Assembly (NCBI GenBank): GCA_037443185.1
Contig: JBBIOV010000004.1
Coordinates: forward strand, 1-60,779
Length of the DNA stretch: 60,779 nt
Direction: 5' to 3'
Source of the DNA: a bacterium
GTDB taxonomy: Bacteria > Patescibacteriota > Minisyncoccia > 2-01-FULL-47-10 > JBBIMT01
This document shows, piece by piece, positions 37,885 through 48,257 of this stretch. The notes under the pieces are model-generated. The model saw only the letters and a program-made list of their open reading frames with translations. It did not search any database and was not told the origin of the DNA. Both the position numbers and the translations under genes were made by a program. The first letter of the stretch is position 1. Every line of letters starts with the position of its first letter.

Positions 37885-39009
37885 TCATTCTCTAATGGGC
37901 ATCGCTAAATAGAAATAACTTTTATCTCCTTTACCCCGAATTAATGCTGGTTTTTGGTTTGTATTGAAACTTAAAATTGCTTTATCAGTTGTAAGATTTG
38001 TAAGCCCATCGTATAAATACTTCCAGTTAAAAATAATTTGCATTGAATCTCCGGTGATGGATGCAAAAATAAAGGATTTTGATTGTCCTGTCTCAGAAGA
38101 AGCTGATTCTAAAGTTATGACTTGTTCTTTTGAATTAATATTAATTTTTATATCGTTGGTACGTGAACTAAAAATACTAACTGCTTTTATTTTTTGAAGC
38201 AATTCGTTCCTATCAACAAGCACTTCAGTTAAAAATTCCTGAGGAATTATTTTTTCATAATCCGGAAATTGACCTTCAATCAACCGCGAAGTTAAATGAA
38301 TACCATCAAGAATAAACAAAACTTGATTTTCGTCATATACCACGGACAAAATATCTTGCTTTAAATCCAAAATTTTTAAGAGCTCAGTCACTCCTTTAAG
38401 AGGTAAAATAAATGATTTAAGAGATTCTTTTGTGTTTGTGCTTAAAGCTTCGTTGTTTAAAACAATTGTTTTTTCACCAAGACGAAAACTATCTGTAGCA
38501 ACAAGCTTTAAATGTTTATCCGAAAAAGAGAATAAAACTCCTGAAATTTCAGGACGTGTCTCAGAGATTGTTACCGTATTAATCAGTTGTCTTAAAGCCT
38601 CAGCAACTAAAGACACTGATAAAGCAACAGAGTTGTTTTTTTCAACGTTGGGAATAGCTGGAAATTCATCAACTAAATTTCCTCTTACAATAGCTTCAAA
38701 ATCACCGGCGCTTAATTTAATATTATTTCCTTCAACTAACTCAAGCAAAACTTTATCAGATTTAATATTAGAAACTGCGGCTGTGATAATATTTGCAGGC
38801 ACACAGGCTTTACCCTCTCCTTCAACTTTTCCGGTAATCCAAACGCATAAAGCAGTCTCTAAATTGGTTGCGCTTATTTTTAATTTACCCTTATCAGTTT
38901 CAATCAACAAATTACCAAGTACTGGCAATGAAATATTTTTAGAAACTATATGACTAGCTAAATTGAGACTTTTTAATAATTTTTCTCTAATGCAGGTAAA
39001 TTTCATCAT
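37885..39009 (-). CDS. dnaN: DNA polymerase III beta clamp
   Basis: LPVLGN.LI, ATNLE, RPEISGV, VATDSFRL, SRLIEG.FPDY, C-terminal MPIR. Confidence 0.97.
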   Translation of the reverse strand: MMKFTCIREKLLKSLNLASHIVSKNISLPVLGNLLIETDKGKLKISATNLETALCVWITGKVEGEGKACVPANIITAAVSNIKSDKVLLELVEGNNIKLSAGDFEAIVRGNLVDEFPAIPNVEKNNSVALSVSLVAEALRQLINTVTISETRPEISGVLFSFSDKHLKLVATDSFRLGEKTIVLNNEALSTNTKESLKSFILPLKGVTELLKILDLKQDILSVVYDENQVLFILDGIHLTSRLIEGQFPDYEKIIPQEFLTEVLVDRNELLQKIKAVSIFSSRTNDIKININSKEQVITLESASSETGQSKSFIFASITGDSMQIIFNWKYLYDGLTNLTTDKAILSFNTNQKPALIRGKGDKSYFYLAMPIRE

Positions 39010-39251
39010 AATAATATAATTAATTTTTATTTAGTTATCGTAGGGTTTAATAATTATGGGGATAGTTTTAAAATTTCAAAGCAAATTCTCAAAAATTATT
39101 TTTAAAAGGTGTGTGAATAAAATGTTAAAAGTTTGGACATTATTTTTTACTTTCCTTTTCTTCAACTTGTTAAACTTTAAATTAATTCATTATTAACTAA
39201 ATTATAAACAATTTTTTTTAAAAACTTTTAAAAATTATTGTAAATGTTTTT
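39010..39251. other. Candidate oriC part (dnaA-dnaN spacer)
   Basis: Very AT-rich. TTATTCACA on the minus strand at 39112-39120, and a weaker box at 39057-39065. Confidence 0.45.
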
Positions 39252-40631
39252 TCAATAATTGTATAATCTCTCTTTAATCATTTCCATTTCTTGTCGAGCT
39301 TCTTCGTCATTTTTTATCGCCTCATCAATTTTGCGACAAGCATACATAACAGTTGTATGGTCTCTACCGCCTAATTTTTGTCCAATTGTTGGAAAAGAAT
39401 AATCTAATTCTGTTCTTAGAAGATACATAACAATTTGGCGAGCTTTGGCAACTTCTTTTTTTCGCCCTTTCCTTATGATCTCGTTTTGATCTAAATCTAA
39501 CATCTGGGCGACAGTCTCAATTATTTTATCAAAAGTTATTTCTTTTTGTTGAGCGCTGGAAAAGTCAGTTATTAAATCTGATATTCTTTCTTTAGAAAGT
39601 CTACCAAATTTTTCCCATTCAATAATAACACGATTTAGCGCTCCTTCAAGGACGCGAATATTTTTAGATATTTTTTGGGCAATTTCTTCAAAAACCCAAT
39701 CTTGCAAAATAGCATCTTTTTCTTCAGCTTTTTTCTTTAAAATTGCTAAGCGAGTTTCAAAATCAGGAATACCTAAATCGACAATAACCCCTCCTTCAAA
39801 GCGCGAACGAAGTCGTCCTTCTAAATGAGCGATAATTTTTGGTGGCCTATCTGAGCTTAAAACAATTTGCTTATTTTTCTCATAAAGATAATTAAAGGTA
39901 TGAAAAAGTTCATCTTGACTTTTCTCTTTGCCAGATAAAAACTGTACGTCGTCAATAATTAAAAGATCAATTGCTCGATAGCGTTCTTTGAACTGTTCCA
40001 TATCTTGTCTTTTTAAAGCATTTATTAATTCATTCGTAAAAGTTTCCGCAATGACATATTTTATTTTAATATTTTTATATAACTGCAAAGCGCGGTTACC
40101 TATGGCTTGTAAAAGATGGGTTTTGCCAAGTCCAGTGCTGCCGTATATAAACAAAGGATTAAATTTCTTTCCTAAATTTTCGGTCACAGCCAATGCTGCC
40201 GCATGTGCAACTTCATTAAATGAACCAACAATTAAGGATTCAAATGAATATTTGGTATTTAATCCGGTTTCAAAATAATTCTTAGGTAAAGAATGAAGTT
40301 CAAGTTGATGTTTTAATTGAGATGGTGAGGATTCTTTAATTTTTTTGATTAAAGAAACTTTTTTATTAAATTGTTGACCCTCTTGAGCTTTAGAGACTTC
40401 ATAAACAACTTCTTTTATAGTAGAATCTATATTACGAAGGGCACGAATTACAATATCGTTAAATTTACTTTGAATCCATGTTTTTTGAAAAAGGCTGTCG
40501 ATGCCAATAATGACTTTATGGCCCTCGCGAGCAATCAAACGAGAGTTTTTAAACCAGGTATTGAAACTTGCTTTTGATACCGACAATTCAATTTCACCAA
40601 GTGCGGCATCCCATAGCTCTTGTAAAGTCAT
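39252..40631 (-). CDS. dnaA: Chromosomal replication initiator DnaA
   Basis: NPLFIYG.TGLGKTHLLQAIGN, LIIDDVQF, RLRSRFEGG, NIR.LEGAL, GGRDHTTVMYA. Confidence 0.98.
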   Translation of the reverse strand: MTLQELWDAALGEIELSVSKASFNTWFKNSRLIAREGHKVIIGIDSLFQKTWIQSKFNDIVIRALRNIDSTIKEVVYEVSKAQEGQQFNKKVSLIKKIKESSPSQLKHQLELHSLPKNYFETGLNTKYSFESLIVGSFNEVAHAAALAVTENLGKKFNPLFIYGSTGLGKTHLLQAIGNRALQLYKNIKIKYVIAETFTNELINALKRQDMEQFKERYRAIDLLIIDDVQFLSGKEKSQDELFHTFNYLYEKNKQIVLSSDRPPKIIAHLEGRLRSRFEGGVIVDLGIPDFETRLAILKKKAEEKDAILQDWVFEEIAQKISKNIRVLEGALNRVIIEWEKFGRLSKERISDLITDFSSAQQKEITFDKIIETVAQMLDLDQNEIIRKGRKKEVAKARQIVMYLLRTELDYSFPTIGQKLGGRDHTTVMYACRKIDEAIKNDEEARQEMEMIKERLYNY

Positions 40632-40794
40632 ATTAAAAAATTTAATAATTCACACTAACTTTAAATATAACAGCAGATTTTAAAAAATAAAGAGAAAAAG
40701 AGGAGGGAAATTAAGGGATAAAATGTGGATATCCTGTTAATAATTTGATTGTAATCAATAATTAAAAAAATAGCAAGACTTTTGAATAATTTTT
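40632..40794. other. Candidate oriC part / divergent dnaA-rnpA promoter region
   Basis: ATATCCACA (minus, 40724-40732) and TTATTAACA (minus, 40735-40743) DnaA-box-like sites. Confidence 0.45.
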
Positions 40795-41145
40795 ATGCTT
40801 CCTAAACAATATCGTTTACCTAAAAAAGAAATTGAAGAAGTTTTAAAATGCGGCAAGCACTTTTACTCGGATAATTTTTTTATAAAATATAAAAAAAACA
40901 CTGCTTTATCAAAAAATCAAAATCCCCGTGCTTGTATTATTGTTTCGACTAAAGTTTCTACCAAAGCAACTAAAAGAAATCTCATAAAAAGGAGGTTGCG
41001 TAACGCTTTATATTTGATTTTTAAAGAAATTCCGTTTAAACTGGATATTGTTTTAATTGCCAAAAATAGTCTTCTTGAAAAAAAATACAAAGATATTGTG
41101 ATGGAATTAAAAAAAGCATTTAATCAGCTGTTAAAAAAGATATAA
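40795..41145 (+). CDS. rnpA: RNase P protein component
   Basis: MLPKQYRL and IIVSTKVSTKATKRNLIKRRLR (RNR motif). Confidence 0.95.
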   Translation: MLPKQYRLPKKEIEEVLKCGKHFYSDNFFIKYKKNTALSKNQNPRACIIVSTKVSTKATKRNLIKRRLRNALYLIFKEIPFKLDIVLIAKNSLLEKKYKDIVMELKKAFNQLLKKI

Positions 41146-41277
41146 AGCAATAAGGGGTGTTTTTAGAAAAATCAAAATTCAAATCTTTTAAGTGTTTTTA
41201 ATTGAATAATTTAAAAGCTTTACCTATATCAATAATTTAATTAGTTATTTAGTTAACAAATTAATAGACTCTAATAT

Positions 41278-42009
41278 ATGTATACTATTTTTATTTTTGA
41301 TCCAATAATCAATGCGCTTATATTTTTTTATTCTTTATTTAATGATATGGGAATTGCTATTATCATTATTACAATTATCATTCGTTTAATTTTATTTCCT
41401 TTATCAAAAAAAGCTTTACTTGCTACCCAAAAAATCCAAGAAATTCATCCAAAAATTAATCAAATCACAAAAGAATTTAAACATGATAGACAACGTTTAA
41501 ATATTGAAGTGATGAAAATATATAAGGAAGCAAATGTTAATCCAATATTGCCTTTTATCAATTTTGCGGTTCAAATAACAATTTTAATTGCTTTGTATCA
41601 GGCATTGCAAGTAAGTCAAGACCCTAGTAAACTTTTGCCTCATCTTTATTCAATCACGCCTCATCCTCAAGAGTTAAATTATATTTTTTTAGGCTTTATC
41701 AATTTATCTTTACCTAATATTTATTTTGCTTTTATAGCGGCAGCGGCAACTTTTTGGCAATTAAAAATTTCTTTAGCTTCCTCTCGCCCAATCAATCAAA
41801 CTGATTCTTTAAAAAATAAAAATGAGCCTATATACATTATGCAGCAGATGACTAAACAATTAAATATAATAATGCCTTTTATTATTTTTTTCGGAGCAAT
41901 TAAACTCTCTGCGGCTTTAAGCTTGTATTGGGTTATTTCTACTTTATTTACTGTTGGGCAAGAATATTATTTAAAATATCAACATTCAAAAATTGTGTCA
42001 GCAGCATAG
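41278..42009 (+). CDS. yidC: Membrane protein insertase YidC (short form)
   Basis: GIAIII.TI.IR.ILFPL, QI.ILIALY, FLG.I.L, AL.LYW..S.LF...QE. Confidence 0.92.
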   Translation: MYTIFIFDPIINALIFFYSLFNDMGIAIIIITIIIRLILFPLSKKALLATQKIQEIHPKINQITKEFKHDRQRLNIEVMKIYKEANVNPILPFINFAVQITILIALYQALQVSQDPSKLLPHLYSITPHPQELNYIFLGFINLSLPNIYFAFIAAAATFWQLKISLASSRPINQTDSLKNKNEPIYIMQQMTKQLNIIMPFIIFFGAIKLSAALSLYWVISTLFTVGQEYYLKYQHSKIVSAA

Positions 42010-42152
42010 TTTTTATAGAGGGACCAACTAAAATATTACAATAACTATATGGTATAGCGATAACAGATTAAATATTAAGTATAAATTGTGTGAGTTAAAA
42101 AATTTTAAAAGTTAAGATAAATCCGTAATGGATTATTCGTAATTTATCAAAA

Positions 42153-43580
42153 ATGACTGGAAAAAAAATAGGTATTAATTTTGCTATTTCCGCTTTGTCT
42201 CGAGTTATTGGATTTTTTATTTCATATTTTATAACTCTTCGGCTCATTACGGGATATTTAAAAGAAGAAGGCTTTGGCCAATACTCAACAGCTTTTGCTT
42301 TCACTTATTTTTTTAGTTTCTTGGCAGATTTAGGACTTTATTCTTTAATGACGCGTGATATATCGCGACCGCAAGCTAACGAAAAAAAAGTTGCCACTGA
42401 TATTTTTTCCTTACGGCTTTTTTCTATCACCGTTTCTTTGCTAATTGCTGTGATAGTGATGTTTTTTCTTCCTTATAAAGATGAAGTAAAAATTGCAATT
42501 TTACTTTCAACTTTATTTTATTTTTTTTCTTCGTTAAGTCAGGTGATTTCGGGAATTTTTCAGAAATATCTGAAAGTTTGGTATATGTCAATTGCTGAAA
42601 TTGTAAGCAGGGTTATTGGATTAGCGGCGGTTTGGGGGGCAATTATTTTTAATTTAGGACTTTTAGGTATCGTTTTTGCAACTTCTTTGGCGGCTTTTGT
42701 TAATTTTTTATTTGTTTTTCCTTTAGCAAGAAATCTTATACCTTTTTCATTTTCATTAGATTTTACAAGCTTTAAAAATATTTTTAAAAAAACCTGGCCT
42801 ATTGGACTTTCTATTGTTTTTACAGTTGTTTATTTCAAAATTGATACTATTTTGCTTTCTTTTTTTAGATTTTATCACGAAGTGGGAATTTATAATTTAA
42901 GTTATAAGCTTTTTGAAGGCTTAATATTTTTCCCAGCGATGTTTGTCGGACTTATAATGCCGATTTTATCAAAATTTGCTCTCCAAAATAAAGAAAAATT
43001 CATAGAATATTTCCAAAAAAGCTTACATCTTATTTTAGTGGTAGCGCTTCCATTGATTATTATTTTATTTACAAAGCCTTTATATGTTGTTCAGTTTTTT
43101 GGTTCTAACTTTTCAAAGCAATCATTAAACGACGCTGCTATTGTTTTTCAGATGCTGCTTGGGGCTTTCTTTTTTGTCGCTTTAGGGTCGCTTTTGTCAA
43201 ATGCTTTAATTGCTTTAGAAAAACAAAAGTATCTTTTAATTGCTTATTTTTTTGGAATGATTTTTAATATTATTTTGAATTTAATTTTTATTCCAAAATT
43301 TGGATACTTTGCCGCCGGAGCTACAACTTTAGCGACAGAAGCTCTTGTTACCTTGCTTCTTTTAATCTTTTTAATAAAAGATGTTCAGTTAACAATTTAT
43401 TTTTCTGATCGTTTAAGAGTAATTATTCCTTCTATAATTTTAGTTCTTTTTAATGCCTTTTTGCCAACAGAAATTTCTATTGTTTATTTTTTGTTTTTAG
43501 GTGCGTTGGTTTATTTTATCGCTTTATACCTTTCTCGGGGGCTAACCCAAAAAGATTTCGATTTCGATGAGAAAATTTAA
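42153..43580 (+). CDS. Wzx-type polysaccharide flippase
   Basis: 12-14 TMs with FGQYS.A, ADLGL, KIDTILLS, VGIYN.SY and LN.IFIPKFG..AA..TT motifs. Confidence 0.88.
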   Translation: MTGKKIGINFAISALSRVIGFFISYFITLRLITGYLKEEGFGQYSTAFAFTYFFSFLADLGLYSLMTRDISRPQANEKKVATDIFSLRLFSITVSLLIAVIVMFFLPYKDEVKIAILLSTLFYFFSSLSQVISGIFQKYLKVWYMSIAEIVSRVIGLAAVWGAIIFNLGLLGIVFATSLAAFVNFLFVFPLARNLIPFSFSLDFTSFKNIFKKTWPIGLSIVFTVVYFKIDTILLSFFRFYHEVGIYNLSYKLFEGLIFFPAMFVGLIMPILSKFALQNKEKFIEYFQKSLHLILVVALPLIIILFTKPLYVVQFFGSNFSKQSLNDAAIVFQMLLGAFFFVALGSLLSNALIALEKQKYLLIAYFFGMIFNIILNLIFIPKFGYFAAGATTLATEALVTLLLLIFLIKDVQLTIYFSDRLRVIIPSIILVLFNAFLPTEISIVYFLFLGALVYFIALYLSRGLTQKDFDFDEKI

Positions 43581-43610
43581 TTGACATAAGCGTGAGTGTA
43601 ATTTATTTAT

Positions 43611-44930
43611 ATGATTACTTTGATTTTAATTTTTTTTGCGTTTTTGCCGTTTTTTCCTATTTTGCCTGGGTTTTTTGGCCTTAACTTGCCGCTATCAAGA
43701 CTTATGGCAATTATAATTTTTACTACCTGGCTTTTTAGAGGTTTGTTTAAAAAAGATCTATTTATTCCTTTTGATTTAAAAAGTATTTTTTTTTATACTT
43801 TTTTATTTTTTGCTGGTATTTCCGGATTTTGGACATCTGACAAAGAAGTTTGGCTGCGGAAATTTTTATTTTTGTTAAACTTATTATTTCTTTATTTGCC
43901 AATTGTTCAGACTTTTAAAAATTTTTCTTTTGATTTTTCGGCTAAAATATTTAAGGTAATATTTTATAGCGGAATTGTTATTGCTTTACTTGGTATTTTT
44001 CAATTTTTGATACAGTTTTTTATTCCTAAAGAAGATTTTTTGCAATGGTTTTTTGATATTTTTGGCTCTATTTTTTATGGCAATTTTTTAAAGTCGGTTG
44101 TTTTGGAATATTCAAGTTTTTTTGTTTCTGTTGGGGGTAATGATTATTTAAGGGCTTTTGGTTTTTTTCCAAGTCCTCAAAATTTTGCGCTTTTTTTAGG
44201 CATAATTCTTTTCCTCTCTTTTTTTATTAAAAATAAAATTGCAGGTCCAGTATTTTATAGCGGTATTTTAGCGATAATTTTGGCAATTTTATTCACCTTA
44301 TCAAGAGGCGCTTATGTTGCGTTGCTTATGACTACTTTTACATTAATATGCTACAGACTCTTTAATAAAGGAGAAGTGCGAACGAAAGTATTTGGTTTGT
44401 TGTATATAGTATTGAGTATGCTAGTAATATTTTTATTATCATTTTCTCCGTTTATGGAAAGACTTACTGATATTTTTCTAGCGCAGGATACTTCTCGCCA
44501 ACATAGAATAGAGTTGTGGCGAAAATCACTTATGGTTATTAAAGAAAATTTATTTTTTGGAGTGGGACTTGGTAATCTTCCTATATATATAGAGCCAGAT
44601 AAAGATTTGCGCGCTCCAGTTAACGCGCATAATACATACCTTGAGATATGGGCAGAGTTGGGACTGGTTGGAGTTGTTTCATTTATACTAATTTTTTTGT
44701 CGATACTTTATAAAATGACTCATTATGCATTATGTATTACAAATTACAAATTTCAAATCACTCATCACAAGCTCCAAAACACACATCACGAACTACAGAT
44801 TGTAGGTGATAATTATTCCCCCCTTTTTTATCCAATACTTTATTTTTTAATTTTGTCTATTTTTGAGACCACAATTTATTTCTTCCCAGCTATGGCTCTT
44901 TTAATGTTGATTTTAGGATTTTTTGTCTAA
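43611..44930 (+). CDS. O-antigen ligase/Wzy-like membrane protein
   Basis: R..GFF..P, FTLSRG, R..LW, GVGLGN, AHNTYL.IWAELG.VG. Confidence 0.88.
   Translation: MITLILIFFAFLPFFPILPGFFGLNLPLSRLMAIIIFTTWLFRGLFKKDLFIPFDLKSIFFYTFLFFAGISGFWTSDKEVWLRKFLFLLNLLFLYLPIVQTFKNFSFDFSAKIFKVIFYSGIVIALLGIFQFLIQFFIPKEDFLQWFFDIFGSIFYGNFLKSVVLEYSSFFVSVGGNDYLRAFGFFPSPQNFALFLGIILFLSFFIKNKIAGPVFYSGILAIILAILFTLSRGAYVALLMTTFTLICYRLFNKGEVRTKVFGLLYIVLSMLVIFLLSFSPFMERLTDIFLAQDTSRQHRIELWRKSLMVIKENLFFGVGLGNLPIYIEPDKDLRAPVNAHNTYLEIWAELGLVGVVSFILIFLSILYKMTHYALCITNYKFQITHHKLQNTHHELQIVGDNYSPLFYPILYFLILSIFETTIYFFPAMALLMLILGFFV
44714..44804 (+). repeat. Degenerate 7-nt tandem repeat inside the ligase CDS
   Basis: aatgact cattatg cattatg tattaca aattaca aatttca aatcact catcaca agctcca aaacaca catcacg aactaca gattgta. 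Confidence 0.75.
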
Positions 44931-45495
44931 AGTAAAACAAGCGACCATTTTTGGTCGCTTGTTTATCCCCTCCTTTTTGTAAAGTCAACAATATATCAAA
45001 CATCCCCGCTCGGGGACAATTCTTAAATAACGAATTACAAGTTTTGTCAAAAATTCTCAACAAAAGCACACCGCGTGATGTTACATTAATAGATCCAATG
45101 TAGTGCCTTCCTCCTAATGGCAAAAGATTAATATTTTGCCAGCTGCTATATTTATCACAAGAGATTTCTCTTTTGCTTTTTAATGTCTCTATCGCTCTGA
45201 GCTTTGGCATAATACACCATTTGATGCCAAGCTCACCGGCAGGCACTGCTACATCTCCTTCGCTCTCAAAGATTAATTGATCAGCAGAGATGTTAATTTG
45301 ATCACCAACATTAACCTCTGCTACCATTGTTTGGCTGACAAAAGTTGATAGCCGGAAACGATCTCTAAACATTGAGCGCAATGTGTTTAAGTCACGCTCA
45401 AATGCAATTATCGGAGCGTGCGTGCTAAAAAAAATAACAAGCGCGCTAACAATTAGAAGAATAAAACTACTTATTATTATCAGCTGAGGCCTCAT
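44890..45495 (-). CDS. Hypothetical membrane-anchored protein
   Basis: N-terminal TM, AAAGGAGG SD, ATGA overlap with the upstream SPFH gene. Confidence 0.7.
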   Translation of the reverse strand: MRPQLIIISSFILLIVSALVIFFSTHAPIIAFERDLNTLRSMFRDRFRLSTFVSQTMVAEVNVGDQINISADQLIFESEGDVAVPAGELGIKWCIMPKLRAIETLKSKREISCDKYSSWQNINLLPLGGRHYIGSINVTSRGVLLLRIFDKTCNSLFKNCPRAGMFDILLTLQKGGDKQATKNGRLFYFRQKILKSTLKEP

Positions 45496-46664
45496 TCTTT
45501 GCCTCCTTTCTCTATTTTGCTGATGATCGGGGCGATATTTTTAACAATTTCCGCCACACTGGGCAAAATTTCTCTTAAGGAACTTGAGACATCAAAATTG
45601 AAGTCTTTAGTTTCAACTTTGACACCTGGTTTACCTTCTTCTGCAAGTCGAAGCTGTTTTAGCGCTCTACCCAGCTTTATACGCTCCTCAGATTCTATTT
45701 GATCTATTTTTTCCTCTGAGAAACCTAATGATTTTAGATAAATTGTAGCAGCTTGGGCAGCAGCTTCAGCATTTATCCGTTCTATATCTTTTTGGGCAAT
45801 CTCTAACCCTATTTGCGTTTCTGCTTGAGTTATCTCTGCTGGTACTTCTATGTCTATCATAATAGGCAGAAATGCTATCCCAAGATTTAAGGCAGCCGTG
45901 TCTGGCCAACCATTAATCTTGTTCAATACTTCGTTAGGGATAGATGCGCCAAAAAGAAAAAATTCAATTAATCCATTAATTTCTTTGTCAGCGTATATCC
46001 TTTTACGCAGTTCTTGCCAACTGACCTTCTCTTTTAACTCATCAGATAATGCTTGGAAATATTGCTGCATCATCTGTTGGATACGTCCTTGGTATAGAGC
46101 TTTTACCCCTTCAACTCTGCCAGCTAAGATATATTGTTGAACACGACTTGGCTGTTGGGGAACTCGGAAATATCTTTCTGTCCCGTCTTCATCATGATAG
46201 AGAACATTTTGAGCCTCTCTGCCGCCATCTAAAACAAATGGAAAACTGCCTTTTATTTTGACATTGCCTACTTTTGGAAACGGCACTGAAGTTTCTATAT
46301 CGAAGTCTACCTTTTTAATACTTTCTAACTGGGGTCGTTGACGAATAGGAACAATAAAGTAGATTGTGGGGCCGCGAAAGATATTGGTTGGACGACCCCA
46401 ATCTAAAATCATTGATCCCTCGTCTGGTTTATTAACCTTGATCGCTAGCAAGGCAAAGCTCATATTTATGAATGATCCAGCAAGATTGATAATATCGACT
46501 ATGCCAGATATCAACAAAAACCAAGGAGTTGCCGCCGCAAGCAAGTTAAAACAAAAATAAGATCCAGCTATGATTGATTGTTTCTCCCATCTTCCGACTC
46601 TTCCCTCTAAATTGTAAGGCAGCCAAGCAAGCAATGTTGCTAGTAAAGTCAAAACTAGAAACAT
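45492..46664 (-). CDS. SPFH/band-7-like membrane protein
   Basis: N-terminal TMs, 'V.KPDEG...WGRP....GP.IYF..P', 'LGI......DIEVPAEI..A', then an Ala/Glu coiled coil. AAAGGAGG SD. Confidence 0.65.
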   Translation of the reverse strand: MFLVLTLLATLLAWLPYNLEGRVGRWEKQSIIAGSYFCFNLLAAATPWFLLISGIVDIINLAGSFINMSFALLAIKVNKPDEGSMILDWGRPTNIFRGPTIYFIVPIRQRPQLESIKKVDFDIETSVPFPKVGNVKIKGSFPFVLDGGREAQNVLYHDEDGTERYFRVPQQPSRVQQYILAGRVEGVKALYQGRIQQMMQQYFQALSDELKEKVSWQELRKRIYADKEINGLIEFFLFGASIPNEVLNKINGWPDTAALNLGIAFLPIMIDIEVPAEITQAETQIGLEIAQKDIERINAEAAAQAATIYLKSLGFSEEKIDQIESEERIKLGRALKQLRLAEEGKPGVKVETKDFNFDVSSSLREILPSVAEIVKNIAPIISKIEKGGKE

Positions 46665-47203
46665 TTGAACCTCCTTTCAAAATGTTAAAGAACAACAAAA
46701 AAATAATATCATATTGAAAGGATAATGTCAATATGTACAAATAAGAATTAACTAATCTAACTTATTTAAAAGTTTTATTTTTTCTTTTAGTGTTTTTCTA
46801 ACTTACTAAATTTATTATATCTATTAAATTTTAGTATAAAATATCGATTACATTTTTAATTAAAATTTTTTAATATCCTTATTTTTAAATTTCATTTTTA
46901 GTACGATTTTGTTGGGTTATGATATATTCTTTTTAATAAAGTTACTTATATTATTTTTATTCCGTTTTTATTGACGTTAAATTTTTAATCTTTTATTTCT
47001 AAAAAAAAGTTGATAAGCTTACTTTTTTTAAAAAAATACTTTCTATAATGTTTCAATTGTCAGTTTGATTTTTTTCTATTTTTTTAAAAGTCCTTATTTT
47101 AAATTGATATATTTTTAATTAAATTAAAAATTTTCTTTTAAAATAGACGTCTTTTTTATAATGTCTGCAATTTATAGCCTGAAATTTGAAGTTTGAGCAC
47201 TTT

Positions 47204-48241
47204 TTATTTGATTTTTACATAAAATGGTATCAAAGTGTTACTATCTTGGAGGATTAAATATTTTTCATCAGGGGTTAATTGAAGATTAAAGCCATTGAAA
47301 TTTATTTTTGCTATTTCGGTTTCAATTTTTTTTGCGATATCAAAATGAATAATTTTATCTTTTAAAGCGCAATAAAGCTCTTGTTCGCTTTGAGAAAAGA
47401 TGCATTTTTTGACCTCAGTTGAAAAAGGTAGTTTTAATGAATATTGACTCCCGTTTTGGTTGATGTTTAAGTCGACGAAATTTAAAATAATCTTTCCATT
47501 TATCTTTTCTTGGTAAATAAATTTTAAACCAGAAGATGCAAACAAAGCATCAAACCCTGAAATGGCATTTAAAATTTTAGCAATTTTTTTGCTGGCTACA
47601 TCAATTAAATATAAAGATTCGCTTTCTTGATTCTCGCTTTTTCTCCACAAATAAGCGCCGTTTAAAGTCCAATTTAAAGTTGGCTCATAAGCAGGGCTTT
47701 TAATAATTTTTAAGTAATTTTGTCCGTTATAGTCGGCGACGCTGATAATATTTTCTGTGGGAGTTTTAAAATTATATAAAATTTTTTGAGAATTAGGGGA
47801 GAAAACCAGTGAATCTTGAATATTTGGGTTTAAAGGGTAAGCTTTTTGTTCAATAAAATCATAAATGTATTTTTTATTATCAGTGCTTACAAAAACTTTT
47901 AAATTATCTGGCGACCAAGTGATTTTTTTTATATTTTTCAAATTGGGGTTTGCTATCATTCTTACAATCTGTTCCGGAAAAATTTCATAAAGCGCGCCAT
48001 CATCAGCGCCGTAAAATTTTATTTTTCCGGAAAATTCTTCAATGTTTAAACCAACAGCTGCAATGTCAGCCAGTGCTAGCGGAGATTCTTGAATAGTTGT
48101 TTTTTTGGTTTTGTCGTTTTTATTGATTATTGTCATTGTGTTTTGCCTATTCTTTATATACGCAAAACTCAAAACGCCAATTATTAAGATAATAAGCGTA
48201 ATATTGATAAAAAAAAGAATTTTTCTAAGATGAAACATCAT
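47204..48241 (-). CDS. Membrane-anchored TolB/PD40-like beta-propeller protein
   Basis: N-terminal TM and repeated WSPD/FSPN/LTPDEK blade motifs. Confidence 0.7.
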   Translation of the reverse strand: MMFHLRKILFFINITLIILIIGVLSFAYIKNRQNTMTIINKNDKTKKTTIQESPLALADIAAVGLNIEEFSGKIKFYGADDGALYEIFPEQIVRMIANPNLKNIKKITWSPDNLKVFVSTDNKKYIYDFIEQKAYPLNPNIQDSLVFSPNSQKILYNFKTPTENIISVADYNGQNYLKIIKSPAYEPTLNWTLNGAYLWRKSENQESESLYLIDVASKKIAKILNAISGFDALFASSGLKFIYQEKINGKIILNFVDLNINQNGSQYSLKLPFSTEVKKCIFSQSEQELYCALKDKIIHFDIAKKIETEIAKINFNGFNLQLTPDEKYLILQDSNTLIPFYVKIK

Positions 48242-48257
48242 ATTTTAAAAAATATTT

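Noticed and set aside
46680-47200. Long AT-rich intergenic region as a CRISPR array or ncRNA
   Set aside because: No regularly spaced repeats and no stable helices, only short T/A-rich similarities expected by chance.
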